Positions 1 to 10,700 are shown, counted from the stretch's first letter. The stretch is 64,000 nucleotides of DNA from an uncultured Bdellovibrio sp. (GCA_963932905.1 CAWVRN010000011.1:32001-96000), one strand, 5' to 3'. Notes: generated by a model not told the origin, from the sequence alone. Numbers and translations are program-made.

Positions 1-23
1 GGTGCCAAAAACAATCAACTCGT

Positions 24-122
24 TTCAAAGGAAAGTACTTCAAAGATGGCCGCTCCACCGCCCAAATTGCGGAGGAAACTCTTTCATCGCGATTTGCGGT
101 TAAGGACGCCTTGATCGGTTAA
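24..122 (+). pseudogene. Truncated paralog of the 4110-4628 integrase C-terminal module (HTH part)
   Basis: Manual translation FKGKYFKDGRSTAQIAEETLSSRFAVKDALIG* aligns with LHQKYVLEGCSIAQIAAEILSSREAVRMGLIE of ORF 4110-4628; TAA at 120-122. Confidence 0.75.
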
Positions 123-326
123 GGATCATTTGTGGCTGAACCAAAAATGGGAAAGAAAAGCGCAGTTGAAAACGCGGCTAAAAGATTTGAAAAACCCTAT
201 CGTCAGCCCGTGAGTAAGCGCATCTCTGATTTTTTAAAAGAAGAAGGCAAAAAAAGAACGCCAGCAATCTGAAAATCAAAAAAAGAAAATCGCTCAGCCC
301 ACAAGTTCACGCGATTTGGAAGTCTA

Positions 327-920
327 GTGCCCATCATCGATGAAAAAGTTCCGCTCTATACGAACGTGAATATTCGTTCGGAGTTCATCAATCAAGCTCG
401 CAAGGTTGTTGTTGTTCACGCGCTTCTTGATCTCTTCAGCGACGCTGGTACTGATCTTCCCGTTGAAGTTTACAATAAACTTCGATCCTTAAAAACTAGG
501 TCCGACGGTAAAGAAACTGCTAATCTGCTATTTAAAATTAATGATGATGAAATTGAGCAAATCAGAAATTTGCTAACAAAATATAGTCCAACACCGACGC
601 AAGACCTCTGGGACTGGTTCTGTGAGGACTATTTCAAAGGTAAACTTGCTGCCGAATGGGATTGGGTCGAAAAAGATTTTGGAATCAATTTTTTAACCCT
701 TCGTTATTCTGAAGATTCCGCTCATCTTGAAAATGGACTCAGCTGGAACGACGCCATAGCCATCGTTGAAAAAACAGGTATCGGTTCAGCGGATGCGATG
801 ATCGTGAACCTTCTTACTCAGTCAAAGTATCAGTTTCTTGCCAGCGCCGACTCCGATATCGCCTTTGCGATGAAAAAACTTAGTCTGCGAGATAAGTTTG
901 TCGTTGTTCCTCAAAACTGA
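327..920 (+). CDS. PIN-domain ribonuclease-like protein, probably 5'-truncated
   Basis: C-terminal GIGSADAMI...LASADSDI acidic motifs and TNVNIRSEF; the N-terminal D-T/S-N strand is absent. Confidence 0.6.
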   Translation: MPIIDEKVPLYTNVNIRSEFINQARKVVVVHALLDLFSDAGTDLPVEVYNKLRSLKTRSDGKETANLLFKINDDEIEQIRNLLTKYSPTPTQDLWDWFCEDYFKGKLAAEWDWVEKDFGINFLTLRYSEDSAHLENGLSWNDAIAIVEKTGIGSADAMIVNLLTQSKYQFLASADSDIAFAMKKLSLRDKFVVVPQN

Positions 921-958
921 ATAGTTGCAACGAATTACAATTTTTGGCAATTGTCTAG

Positions 959-985
959 ATTAGGTTAACTGGGGGTTAACCTAAT
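959..985. promoter_or_regulatory. Inverted repeat ATTAGGTTAAC-N5-GTTAACCTAAT, candidate operator
   Basis: Perfect 11-bp inverted repeat just upstream of the HTH gene. Confidence 0.45.
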
Positions 986-1024
986 GGTTAAAAAGCTGTA
1001 TGTAACTTGCATCCTATAGAGCTG

Positions 1025-1858
1025 ATGAGTGCACAAGCTATTTCCCCCAAAGATCAAGTCGTCGAGTTTCTTCGAGGATGCTTAACTGAAAAGATACAAA
1101 AGAATTCTCGATATTCTTCGCGTGCTTTTGCTAGGGACATTGGAGTTAGTCCCGCCTTTGTAAGTATGCTTCTTGCCGGTAAGAAAAAACTCTCTCTAGA
1201 TCGCGCTAAAAAGATAGTTATTGCCCTGGACATGTCAGAACGGCAAAGCAGTCAGTTCTTGCGTGCGGTAGCTTTATCAAGTCTACCATCCGATTCACAT
1301 TCTTCAGAAGATCTAGAGAATCTTTTATTTAATCGACGTGAGCGCAAGGATATTTATGCGATGGAAGTCGACCAATTCAAATTTTTCAGTAATTGGTATA
1401 ATGTAGCTATTTTGGACCTAACGACATGTAGTAATTTTCAATCTGACATTAACTGGATTGCTAATCGCCTTCAAATTTCGCCAATAGTTGTTCAGGATGC
1501 AACAGATAGGTTGCTCCGCTTAGGACTGCTAAAAAAAGAAAAAGGTATTCTGAAAAAAACTAACAAGCACATTGCGATTCCCACCAGTGCGCCGGCCAGT
1601 ACTATCCGAAATTTTCATCAACAAATGATTGAAAAAGCCAAAGACCACCTCAATTCTCAAGAAGCATCCGATTTTATTCGTCGAGATATTTCCAGTATTA
1701 CTTTTTCCATTGATGCTCGTAAAGTTGAAGAAGCTAAAAAATTAATAAATGATTTTAAAAATCAAATGGCCGATTTTTTGACTGAAGGTCAATGTAACGA
1801 TGTTTATCAAATGAATATTCAATTTTTCCCTTTAACAAAAAGCGAGGCGAAAAAATGA
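1025..1858 (+). CDS. TIGR02147/DUF4423 family HTH protein
   Basis: YSSRAFARDIGVSPAFVS HTH, FFSNWYNVAILDL, IRNFHQQM, DVYQMNIQFFPLT; ATG 1025 preferred over TTG 1007. Confidence 0.85.
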   Translation: MSAQAISPKDQVVEFLRGCLTEKIQKNSRYSSRAFARDIGVSPAFVSMLLAGKKKLSLDRAKKIVIALDMSERQSSQFLRAVALSSLPSDSHSSEDLENLLFNRRERKDIYAMEVDQFKFFSNWYNVAILDLTTCSNFQSDINWIANRLQISPIVVQDATDRLLRLGLLKKEKGILKKTNKHIAIPTSAPASTIRNFHQQMIEKAKDHLNSQEASDFIRRDISSITFSIDARKVEEAKKLINDFKNQMADFLTEGQCNDVYQMNIQFFPLTKSEAKK

Positions 1859-3609
1859 GCTTATGGCGATGGATTATTTTTTCTTTAACCTTATTGCTTT
1901 TTTTAAGTTGTTCACCGAAAAAATCTGATCCCGGTGGCCCAGCGGCAGACACCCCACCAGCTCCTGAAGGCGACGGTTCAAAATCTTATGGTGGCAGCAC
2001 TAACATTGGTGGTGGTGGCAATGGACTTGAGGCGGAATGGAAATATATAGCTCAAGAATTAGAAAAAAATCTTCGTCGATTGGTGGTTAGCCATGTTGAT
2101 GCGACCATCTTTAAAAAAATTCGTTCTCAATTACCTGAGCTAATTCAAAAAGCAAAAATCGAATTTAAAGATTACCCTTTGATTTTAGGAACCGAATTAT
2201 CCGATCAGGATAATCCATCTAATTTGAAAACAAATCCGTCAACCCAATGTGAACAAGTGCTTTCAGAGAAAAACCTTGAAAAGGAACGGGACGCAATTAA
2301 CTTTAAGGACTCCGTAAAAATTAAAGTAAGCCGTCAGCGCTTCCAATGTTATGCAACTCAGTCGATGGCCATAAAACGATTAGTCCTGCATGAATATTTA
2401 GGTTTACTGGGCATCTATGAAAAGACCGGTGCTCAAACAGATTACAAAGTCACAAACTTGCTTTTGGCGGAAATGGACAAACTTGATACCGTCGATAGTG
2501 GATTAGAAAAAGTAGAAGTTAAAACGTGCGACGACGTACAAAAAATCGGTTTAGATCCTAAAGACATAAAAGTTACGGATCAGTTTGAACCTTGGGAATT
2601 TCCAGAGAAACGTTGGATTTTGATGAGCGACCTAGATTGTACTTCGTCCCGCCAATGGGATGATGGCCGAGGGTTTAAAGCACGCGTATTAAATGGCGTT
2701 TTTGATGGCAATGGTTTTAAGATATCAAATTTATATTTAGGCCAAAGAAATGAAATCACTGGGCCAACGGCGACCGTTGTCTCTACAAAAATGGGACGAA
2801 TAACTGCCCTTCAACAGCCAGCGCATATGACGGCTTTATTTAGTTATGTGTGTACACGATGCTCGATAGTAAATCTTCAATTAGAAAATGCCGACTTTGT
2901 ATCACAGGCACTACTCGTAGTACAAAATAGCGGTCGTATCTCGAATGTTCGGGTCAGTGGTAAAATTCGAACGGCTGAAGTAACCAAGACTACCTGGGAT
3001 GTGGAGCTCAATGTCATGGCGGGGCTTGTGTCATACAATTACGGCACAATCAAAAACACGTCAGCCGATGTAGATATTTCTAACCCTCGAATTTCAAATG
3101 TTCTGACTTCAATGGGCGGCTTAGTGGGAAATAACTTAGGAATTATCGTTGATTCCTCAGCGACATCAAGAATTATCGGCGAAGGCATTGTCGGTGGGTT
3201 AGTTGGTGATAATCAAGGTGCTATACAAAATAGCAGTGCTAAATCAAATATAACTTCTCGATCGGTATTAATAGTGGGTGGACTTGTTGGCGCAAATCGT
3301 CCAACGGGTTCAATCATAAAATCGTCTTCTACTGGAAAAATTGAAGTGAAAAAATTCGAAAAAGCGCTACCAAGCGCGGGAGTCCTGGAGCCCAGAATTC
3401 CATTCGGCGGATTAGTTGGCGATAACTCTGGCACAGTATCAGAATCTACAGCAAATGTTGAAATTTGTGGAAATTTTTCAGGAATGCCAAAGTTGTATAA
3501 TATGCAGTTAGAAGTCGAGTCGAATCCTTTGGTTACAAGAACCCATGACGGCGGCTCGGTAGTAAACTCGAATGGAAATGGAAAAACTGTGCCTGAATGT
3601 CCAAATTAA
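1855..3609 (+). CDS. GLUG-motif lipoprotein
   Basis: Lipobox FLSC, FDGNGFKISNL, repeated GGLVGxN. Confidence 0.75.
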   Translation: MSLWRWIIFSLTLLLFLSCSPKKSDPGGPAADTPPAPEGDGSKSYGGSTNIGGGGNGLEAEWKYIAQELEKNLRRLVVSHVDATIFKKIRSQLPELIQKAKIEFKDYPLILGTELSDQDNPSNLKTNPSTQCEQVLSEKNLEKERDAINFKDSVKIKVSRQRFQCYATQSMAIKRLVLHEYLGLLGIYEKTGAQTDYKVTNLLLAEMDKLDTVDSGLEKVEVKTCDDVQKIGLDPKDIKVTDQFEPWEFPEKRWILMSDLDCTSSRQWDDGRGFKARVLNGVFDGNGFKISNLYLGQRNEITGPTATVVSTKMGRITALQQPAHMTALFSYVCTRCSIVNLQLENADFVSQALLVVQNSGRISNVRVSGKIRTAEVTKTTWDVELNVMAGLVSYNYGTIKNTSADVDISNPRISNVLTSMGGLVGNNLGIIVDSSATSRIIGEGIVGGLVGDNQGAIQNSSAKSNITSRSVLIVGGLVGANRPTGSIIKSSSTGKIEVKKFEKALPSAGVLEPRIPFGGLVGDNSGTVSESTANVEICGNFSGMPKLYNMQLEVESNPLVTRTHDGGSVVNSNGNGKTVPECPN

Positions 3610-3738
3610 TTGGCATTGTTAACCTGTTGGTAATCACTTAACCTAAATAACGAGGCTAAACGTTTATAATTTTCTCCAATAACGATAAAGTGGCCAAAAC
3701 CATTTATTCACCTGGCTGAGCCGGGTATAGGAGATTTT

Positions 3739-4068
3739 ATGTTTACTAAATTAATTTTGAGTTTATCCCTTGTGACTTCATTTTCTGCGCTAGCGTCAGA
3801 TATATCTAGTTGTGCAACAGCAGCGGGACGAGCCCAACTCGTATCAGAATATGTAAAAGAAGGGGTTGTGCCATCTTGCGGTCCACAGTGTGCTGAAGAT
3901 TTCATTCTATCTCAAGTTTGCGAAATGAAAGTAAAACCAAACTGCCATACTCAAGTGGGAAAAACGTTACTTGTAAAAAATTATGTCGAGTCTGGAAAAC
4001 CGGTCCCAGCTTGCGGTCTGCAATGTGCTCAAGAATTTATTCTCTCCCAAGTGTGTCCTAAGCCGTAA
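3739..4068 (+). CDS. Small secreted Cys-rich protein with internal duplication
   Basis: Signal peptide, RBS AGGAG, two copies of VPxCGxQCAxxFILSQVC. Confidence 0.7.
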   Translation: MFTKLILSLSLVTSFSALASDISSCATAAGRAQLVSEYVKEGVVPSCGPQCAEDFILSQVCEMKVKPNCHTQVGKTLLVKNYVESGKPVPACGLQCAQEFILSQVCPKP

Positions 4069-4109
4069 ACCTAAATTAATCAGTTCTGCGAGGAAAGGGT
4101 CCGTTTTCA

Positions 4110-4628
4110 ATGTTTATTGGGGGGCAATTTAGAAGATTGGCGGGCCAGATCGCGACGGGACGAAAAGTTTCCTCCAAAGCCACAATAGAGGCGCAAGTCA
4201 TTGACACCATTGATATTAATTTTGAGCCACTTTGGAAAGACAAACATTTCCTCCATCAAAAATACGTCCTTGAAGGGTGTTCAATAGCCCAAATTGCGGC
4301 TGAAATACTTTCCTCCAGGGAGGCTGTTCGCATGGGTTTAATTGAATTTGGGATCAAGCGAAAAAAGCGGGGAGAGCCGGGATTGAATCCATCCCAAGCT
4401 CCTTATGGTTTTAGAAAAGTCGAAGGCAAACTGATCACACATCTTGGTGAGCAGCGAGTTATAGAATCGATCAAAAAAATGTCTGAAAGTGGGCTGTCCT
4501 ATCGGACAATATGTGAGTTTTTGACCAGCATAAATGTACCGACGAAAAATCGTGGAAAGAGCTGGCAGCCGGAGATGATTCGTCGGATATTATCTAGATC
4601 TTCGGTGCAAGATATAAAGACTTCATAA
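4110..4628 (+). CDS. HTH + Recombinase (PF07508-like) domain; detached C-terminal module of the serine integrase
   Basis: APYGF...EQRVIESIKKM..SGLSYRTICEFL...VPTKNRGKSWQPEMIRRIL; no catalytic domain; contains the att core in-frame (LAG). Confidence 0.8.
   Translation: MFIGGQFRRLAGQIATGRKVSSKATIEAQVIDTIDINFEPLWKDKHFLHQKYVLEGCSIAQIAAEILSSREAVRMGLIEFGIKRKKRGEPGLNPSQAPYGFRKVEGKLITHLGEQRVIESIKKMSESGLSYRTICEFLTSINVPTKNRGKSWQPEMIRRILSRSSVQDIKTS
4136..4176. repeat. Left attachment junction: core ATTGGCGGG (4136-4144) + arm GACGAAAAGTTTCCTCCA (4159-4176)
   Basis: Core identical to 32102-32110 (tRNA 3' end); arm is the exact reverse complement of 32075-32092. Confidence 0.9.
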
Positions 4629-4776
4629 ATAAAAGTACAATGACCAGAAATGTTTTTTACGCCTTAATCTATTGGTCTAGTTGTGACGTCCTGTTAAAGT
4701 AATTTTATTTAGTCACTGCACCTTTCCACGACTAATTTACCGTTTAAAAAGTAGACGATCTTCCGAAAATCTACTT

Positions 4777-6318
4777 ATGAAAATTGATAAAAATAAAAAT
4801 TACATTTTTTGCGGTGATAACTTAGATTGGCTCCAGCAAGTACCAGATGAATCGGTCGATTTGTGTTACATTGATCCCCCATTTTTTTCTAATAGAAACT
4901 ATGAAGTTATTTGGGGTAACGGATACGAGCTTAGGTCTTTTGGCGATAGATTCGCGGGTGGAATTGGACATTATATTGAATGGATGCGCCCACGAATTGA
5001 GTTGATTCATTCTAAATTGAAAAAAACTGGAAGTATCTTTTTGCATTGTGACTGGCACGCATCTCACAAATTACGTTGTGTTCTCGATGACATATTTGAT
5101 GAAAGTAATTTTAGAAATGAAATAATCTGGAAGAGAAAAAATGGTAGTAACTCAACTGAAGAGGCGCCTCGTACAATGGCAAATGCGACTGATACAATAT
5201 TCTTTTATTCAAAAACAAAAGAATACTTTTTCAAACTCCCTTATGCCGCTTACGAAGAGGCTTATATTGAAAAAACATATAAAAGTAAAGATTCTAATGG
5301 CGATCGCTACACTTCATCCGATTTAAGGTCGCCAAGTCCACGGCCAAACTTAGTGTATAATTATAAAGGTTATAAACCACATCCGAACGGTTGGTCAGTT
5401 GAGTTAGAAAAAATGAAAGAGTTCGATCGACTTGGACTGTTGCTTTTTCCAAAAGATAAGAACGGTAGAATTAGGAAAAAGAATTATCTTAAAGATAGAA
5501 AAGGTGTGCCTTTGACTAATCAATGGTCCGATATTCCATTTTTGCAAGAAAAGTCGCCTGAGAAGTTGGGCTATCCTACGCAGAAACCGGAGGCTCTAAT
5601 TAGAAGAATAATTGAGACTGGTTCAAAAAAGGGTGATGTTGTGCTAGATTGTTTTGGAGGCGGTGGGACCACTGCCAAAGTATGCGCCGATTTAGGTAGA
5701 ACTTTTATTACGGGCGATGTTTCTCCTGTTGCTGTAAAAATTATGTCAGAAAGGCTTTTGTTCGATTGTGAAGGTATTAAATTTGAAACGAAAAACCTTC
5801 CACAGTCTGAAAAAGAATTGAAAAACTTGAACGGTCATCTATTTGCAGAAATCGTATGTGAAGTTATGGGCTGGGAAGTAAACGAAAAGAAATCAGGTGA
5901 CGGCGGTATCGACGGTTGGACTAGTGAGGGACTTCCAATACAAATTAAAAACCATAATACTACGGCAGCAGGCAGACCTGATATACAAAAGTTTTTCGGA
6001 GCACTAGCAAAAGAAAAGAAAAAGACCGGCATTTTTGTAGCTTGGCGTTTTGCAGGTGAAGCATACGAATATATTGCTGATATGAAGCGCGATCACAAAA
6101 TTGAAATCAAGGCGATAGAGTGTTCAAAAATATTTGGTGGACTGCTACTGGATTCTTCAAAAAGTAAAGAAATTGACGAATTGTACTTAGAGCGTAGACC
6201 TAAAGCGTGGGCATCAAATCAAGCCAAAGCAGAAGCGCATAGAAAGACTGTTGAAAAAATTAATGATGCGAAGAATAAAACTAAAAGAAAGAAAAAATCA
6301 GACGCAGAGGTTAGCTAA
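4777..6318 (+). CDS. Beta-class N6/N4 DNA methyltransferase fused to a C-terminal Mrr-like endonuclease domain
   Basis: YIDPPF, YPTQKPE, VLDCFGGGGTT; C-terminal SGDGGIDG...IQIK. Confidence 0.85.
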   Translation: MKIDKNKNYIFCGDNLDWLQQVPDESVDLCYIDPPFFSNRNYEVIWGNGYELRSFGDRFAGGIGHYIEWMRPRIELIHSKLKKTGSIFLHCDWHASHKLRCVLDDIFDESNFRNEIIWKRKNGSNSTEEAPRTMANATDTIFFYSKTKEYFFKLPYAAYEEAYIEKTYKSKDSNGDRYTSSDLRSPSPRPNLVYNYKGYKPHPNGWSVELEKMKEFDRLGLLLFPKDKNGRIRKKNYLKDRKGVPLTNQWSDIPFLQEKSPEKLGYPTQKPEALIRRIIETGSKKGDVVLDCFGGGGTTAKVCADLGRTFITGDVSPVAVKIMSERLLFDCEGIKFETKNLPQSEKELKNLNGHLFAEIVCEVMGWEVNEKKSGDGGIDGWTSEGLPIQIKNHNTTAAGRPDIQKFFGALAKEKKKTGIFVAWRFAGEAYEYIADMKRDHKIEIKAIECSKIFGGLLLDSSKSKEIDELYLERRPKAWASNQAKAEAHRKTVEKINDAKNKTKRKKKSDAEVS

Positions 6319-6565
6319 TTAGCCTTAAATTTGATTCGGAAATACGGGCTTTCTTAAGTGAAGAATTAAGAAGGCCTAAATAAAAATCTAATATTTCTTC
6401 GTACCTAGCAAGCTTTTGAGAGTCCTCGAAAATTTCAGAATTTAAAGAATCGCACTTCATAGAAATTTGTTCTATTTTCTGGTCGATTTGGTGTATTTCT
6501 AAGTTTGTAAGTATATTATTTTGCATTTGAAGTTTGTTGTTAAAAGCAAAAATCCTCCTTATCAA
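6311..6565 (-). CDS. Hypothetical small helical protein
   Basis: 84-aa ORF convergent with the methyltransferase; start uncertain. Confidence 0.35.
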   Translation of the reverse strand: MIRRIFAFNNKLQMQNNILTNLEIHQIDQKIEQISMKCDSLNSEIFEDSQKLARYEEILDFYLGLLNSSLKKARISESNLRLIS

Positions 6566-7746
6566 ATGAATAATACGAATCTGCCTAATACGCAGCGTTA
6601 ACCTATTGAAATTACAAATTCAAAACTGATTGTTGACCTTGAAAAAGTGTAATCAGCCTGGCCTGTAACGCGGCCTAGTTAAGGTGGTATGGAGTCGACC
6701 ACCGGATATAAAAAAACCAAATCGTCTTCAGAGTAGTTTATATATTGTAGGACACAATAGAGTTTGACTGCGAGATTCTGGAAGAGTTTTATAAAGTAGA
6801 TCTGGATCCTTCAGAAGAAGCCAGACCTACCCAGCTTTACGAGCGGCTTTGACCATCTTCGATCCAGCATTTAAACTGTCACATAGGTGATCTTTATAAA
6901 CAGTTACTAAGATTGAAATAAAGTGCTCGGAATATTCAAAATAATGGATAGCGACCCTAGAGTTTGAAATGGGCATTTTGCTAGTCCTCTTTCAATTGAA
7001 CTCACAAAATTGTTTCGGTAATCTTAGCGGTAAGGATGCACTTTTTATTTCTAATGAGTAACTGATTTTTTGAAACTCGTATATTAGTACTCCACATATT
7101 TAACTTCTTAAATAATCCCACTTTGTTAAATTGGCCCTATCATCCTGAAACATTTTCCGTATCTGCTTTGGTGTGGTTGACGGTTTGTAATAGGACCAAT
7201 ATCGCCGATTTGGAAGTCCCATGGGCCAGGCTTAAATGGGCTCGTGCTCAATGAAAATTGACGACTTAAATTGTCGTCGAAATTTGCTCTTGCAAAGAAG
7301 CTTTTCTGAGTGGTCTAATTCGATTTGGAATTGTCCCACGTCCTAATAAACAATGTCGAGAGAGTCCTTCTTAGCCAAATTTGGGTGGAGGCGAGTAAGA
7401 GACTTCTTATCGCCGCGTCTTGGCGAAAACAAAGTGGACAAAAGGGTCTGCAGGTATCTATCATAAGGATTTCCGCTGTGAAAAATTGCAGATGACCTAA
7501 GTCGGCTCGGAATTCTGACGAAGAATCGCCAAAGTCGGTCACACACAGACATGGTAAGTAGAATTTTACTGGGGCAAAAAAATCTAAAAAAACCAGCTAC
7601 TGCCTTGACATAGAGCAATTAAACGTCACATTTTGAGTGGACAGGTTCGCCCTCCGGGGTACTCGCGCTGGAGGGAATTTTATTTTTAAACACCAATCAA
7701 CAACACGCCTATTTACACAAACAGAATATCTCCCAGGTGCCTTCCG

Positions 7747-10700
7747 ATGACTTCATTTCAACGAGGAGTCATTGAGTTAAAGATTGAAGGTATGGAAGGG
7801 GGCCGATTCCAAGAGTTTGTTTTACGCTTTCTGCCTCTTTATAGCCCGTCGTATGATGGAATTGTTCGCAACGGTCATACTGAATTGGGCAAAACAAAAG
7901 CAGGTGTTCCTGATCTCTTGAAAACTCTCGATAATGGCGACCAGATTGGTGCCGAATGCGGAACTGGTGAAGATTACTGGAAACCACCAGAGGACGTGAA
8001 GAAGTATCCCGAATGGAAACCGATTGAAGATGCTGAGAAGTCCATTCAGAAAATGGCAAGACCCGTTGAGATCATCCTCGCATCAAGTCGTCCGATACCA
8101 GCCAACTATCCAAATGTTAAGACAGCAATAATCGACTACTTTGCGAGTAAAACCAATGCTCGAATCATTCTTTTAACTTGTACTGATTTGGCATCGTGGA
8201 TTGAAAGAAATCTGAAGAGAGCTGACATCTTTGAACTTTCTAAAGAGTTTTTCCCCGAGGTGGTCGAAAATCAAACTCTGATAGACGAACGGGACGCTCT
8301 TGCCTCAGTAATCGATTATGGCGACAAGTTTGGATTTCCCACAAAAGATATACTTCAAATTCTCAAAGCATCGGGGATCACGGATCCAGTTCTTCTTGAA
8401 CAGCAAATTGCAACTGAGATTTTCGGTGACGACACGAGATTCAGTTTAGAACATCCTGCCAGCTTTAATGGAATACCCAGATGCTCAAAGCATCTTCCAC
8501 TAATTTTGAACCCCTTTGGCAAAATAGTTCAGCTACTTGGGGTTCCCAAGATAGGCAAGTCCAACCTTTGCTGGGAAGCGATTACCCAGGCAAAGTACAA
8601 GTACAAATGGCTGTCGGTTCCTATTGATGAACAACAGCATACTGATTTTGTAGATGCCCTTCTGATCTTATTATACTCTCAGTTTATTTCTGTTTCCGAA
8701 GCGGTTAAAAAAGTTAAGGCCCTTGTTTCCACAAACGTGAGATTGCAAGAAAAAGAAATATCTCCCCTATATCTCGTGATAGACAACGCTCACTTTCTAA
8801 ACCTGAACCAACTCAAAAGACTAGACTTTGCTTTGAAAGAACTTCGATCACTGAGTCTTCTTTCAAAAATTGCAATCGTATTGATGACAAACAAAAATTT
8901 ATCTCAAGCGGTTTCGTCACTAGACACAGCGGCGGTTGCTCCGGCTTGGACAAGTGAAGAACTCAAGGAACTCATCACTCGAAAGAACCTGTTAGTAAGT
9001 GACCCGAAGCCCGACGAATACTTTGAGCTTCTTCAGTCCCAATGTAACGGCCACCCCTTATTTGCAGTGGCTCTGGCAGGAAAATATAGTGACCGCACCA
9101 AACTGATCTTAAATAAAATTGAGAGCCCAAAAGCTGACGACTCAGAATTATCAAATGAAATAAAATCCGTCCTTTATCAGGATATTTTAACAACCCCTGA
9201 CCAGCAAAATTTTGTTCAACGACTGTCCATTCTAACTGGAAAATCGAGTCAATCTGTTCTTGATGCTCTTAGAAAAGATGTCCAACCACAGATTCACACA
9301 ACCGTATCCAACCTTTCTGAACAAATTGGTCCAGCCGTATTGGAGGGATCTATTGAAGGTGGATTGCAAGTAAGCCCTGCCTTCAAAGAGGTCGCTAACA
9401 AAAAAATTGGCACCACCGAAAAAAATGAAACTTTCATTGCGGCAGCAAATACATTGCTCAAGTTTGAAGGTAAAACTTTATATGCCGATCATTGGATTGA
9501 TGGCATCTTCTACCTAATACTGGCAGACAATATTCCAAAAGCCGCTGCTTCTGCATTGCTCCTTCTAAATGGGATAAGCAACAACGATGAAAATAGAGAG
9601 CTAAATCTTAAATATACGCTTGATAGGTTGTTTTATTTCAAATTCTTAAAGAACAAAACATTAGATGGGATGGACTATCTTACCCTTTGCTCACTTCGAT
9701 TAATGATGGGACATCATCACGCAAGTTTAAACAATTTGAAGGAATCCGCTGAGTACCTCGAAGAAATTGATGTTGAAAAAATACAAAGTATCAAAGTTGA
9801 CTTTGATGGTGTTGAGGAAATGAAGCGATATCTTGTGATGGCTGTGCTGAGCTCCAGAGTCCTTGCCCTTGGCGAAATGAAAGACCCCGTAAAAACACTG
9901 GTCACCTACTTGGACTATCTGTCAAAAGCTCCTCCCGACGGCCCAAAATTTGAAGTGTATGAAATACTTCCGGGCTTAATCACTCGACTTAAAATTGATC
10001 AATTAAGGACCTTTAGTTTTTCAGTTTTAGCTGAACGACTTTATCCTGAGAGACTTTCTGATCTCGTGAAAGTGGCTATATCTATTGGGTATGCAGCTAG
10101 AAATGATGATCTTTTGCAAAAGAATATATTTTCTTTGCGTGTGGACATTCCAAGCAGCAACCTATTTCTGGAGCTTGCTCGTTCATCATTGCTTTCAAAT
10201 ACAGATAAATATCCAGAAGCATTGGGGCTGATTTTAAAAATTGAGAAAAGCATTGCTGATAGAGGCAAAGATCCAAATAAACTGGGTGGAACTTTCTATC
10301 AACATTTTGCTGACACAGTATGGGGAACCAAAGACCATCAAGGTTCGATCGCATACTACAAAAAGTCTTCCGAACTAGAGCCAAACGAGTCTGAGTCATT
10401 TTTAGCTTGGAACCAGTACAAAATCGGTTTTGCGAGTACCGATGAAAACGAAATCATAACCAACTTCACAGAATCGATAGCTAAATTTATCAGTGTTGAA
10501 AATTATGATCAAGGCAGTAGAGCATTGGGGGCTTTAGCGGCCTTTCACATTTCTAAGAAAAACTATGCTGAAGGAATTAAGACTGGATTTCGTTTGGCCG
10601 AATGGTTCCATAAAGATAAGAAATCTGAAGCAGGTCCCTCTTTACGCTTACTACTGGCACAAATGCTTAGATCCAAACACGACATCACGGGAGAGTCACT

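Noticed and set aside
71..80. GGAGGAAACT matching the att arm
   Set aside because: Lies in codons of the pseudogene with no core at the right distance; may be chance.
6570..7746. 1.2 kb gene-poor stretch as an ncRNA or genes (ORFs 7315-7542, 7343-7618; hairpin ~7650-7675)
   Set aside because: Overlapping ORFs with no recognisable motifs and no convincing extended structure; probably decayed DNA plus a promoter (TTGACA near 7605).
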